Positions 63,871 through 64,000 of a stretch of DNA of 64,000 nt are shown here, in pieces. Position 1 is the first letter of the stretch; every line of letters begins with the position of its first letter. A program made the position numbers and the translations under genes. The notes beneath the pieces were generated by a model that was not told where the DNA came from, did not search any database, and saw nothing but the letters and a program-made list of their open reading frames with translations. The DNA is from a virus, in the IMG/VR virus record IMGVR_UViG_3300037882_004081, positions 1 to 64,000 of that record; one strand, written 5' to 3'.

Positions 63871-64000
63871 TTAACTGCGGTCTCTCATATCACGCACCAT
63901 CGCTTCAACCTTAGCCAAGTGCTCAGGTGAGGTTTCGAGGAACATGCGGATTTGTTCCTCCGAGGTGCCGGAGTGTCGGGAATCCTTGACTTCCTGAACC
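63871..64000 (-). CDS. 3' end of a gene entering from outside the window (partial)
   Basis: ...SEEQIRMFLETSPEHLAKVEAMVRDMRDRS-stop. Confidence 0.55.
   Translation of the reverse strand, partial: VQEVKDSRHSGTSEEQIRMFLETSPEHLAKVEAMVRDMRDRS

Noticed and set aside
1-64000. Stop-codon reassignment, as seen in some large phages
   Set aside because: Conserved genes are intact in the standard code, and TAG, TGA and TAA all end genes at tight overlaps.
1-64000. CRISPR array, diversity-generating retroelement, retron, integrase or IS element
   Set aside because: No repeat-spacer array, reverse transcriptase, template/variable repeat pair or transposase was seen by eye.

Overview
The window is a 64-kb internal segment of a large tailed dsDNA phage, most likely a jumbo myovirus with a T4-like gene set. 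It uses the standard genetic code, and genes are densely packed, mostly on the minus strand. Virion genes (gp13- and gp14-like neck proteins, gp15-like tail terminator, tape measure, baseplate hub, gp5/Vgr spike, several fibre or appendage proteins, GroES-like chaperonin) are interspersed with other functions. Replication and recombination genes include a primase, RecA/UvsX, a gp32-like SSB, a UvsY-like mediator, DinG and a second SF2 helicase. There are also two sigma-like proteins, nucleotide-metabolism genes (pyrE, dNMP kinase, MazG-like, DHH, HAD) and many small hypothetical ORFs. Twelve near-consensus sigma70 promoters are visible, most driving apparently leaderless mRNAs, and a second recurrent motif, TAGGT(T/C)T, precedes many structural genes. 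The most notable observations are: (1) a group of probable effector or cargo proteins (RelE/ParE-like RNase, polyvalent-type Ser/Thr kinase, Cys-His-Asp enzyme, small unknowns) sharing short terminal peptides ending in (L/I/V)xE|(S/A) or xLNG, suggesting protease-processed capsid-packaged cargo; (2) a mini-gene resembling only the redox C-terminal tail of a ribonucleotide reductase; (3) an H-type pseudoknot in the gp32-like SSB leader; (4) a D-arm-less tRNA-like RNA; (5) a lectin-like domain apparently split across two genes. A Verrucomicrobiota (PVC)-like host is inferred, not shown. All family assignments are from motif recognition by eye; no database search was run.
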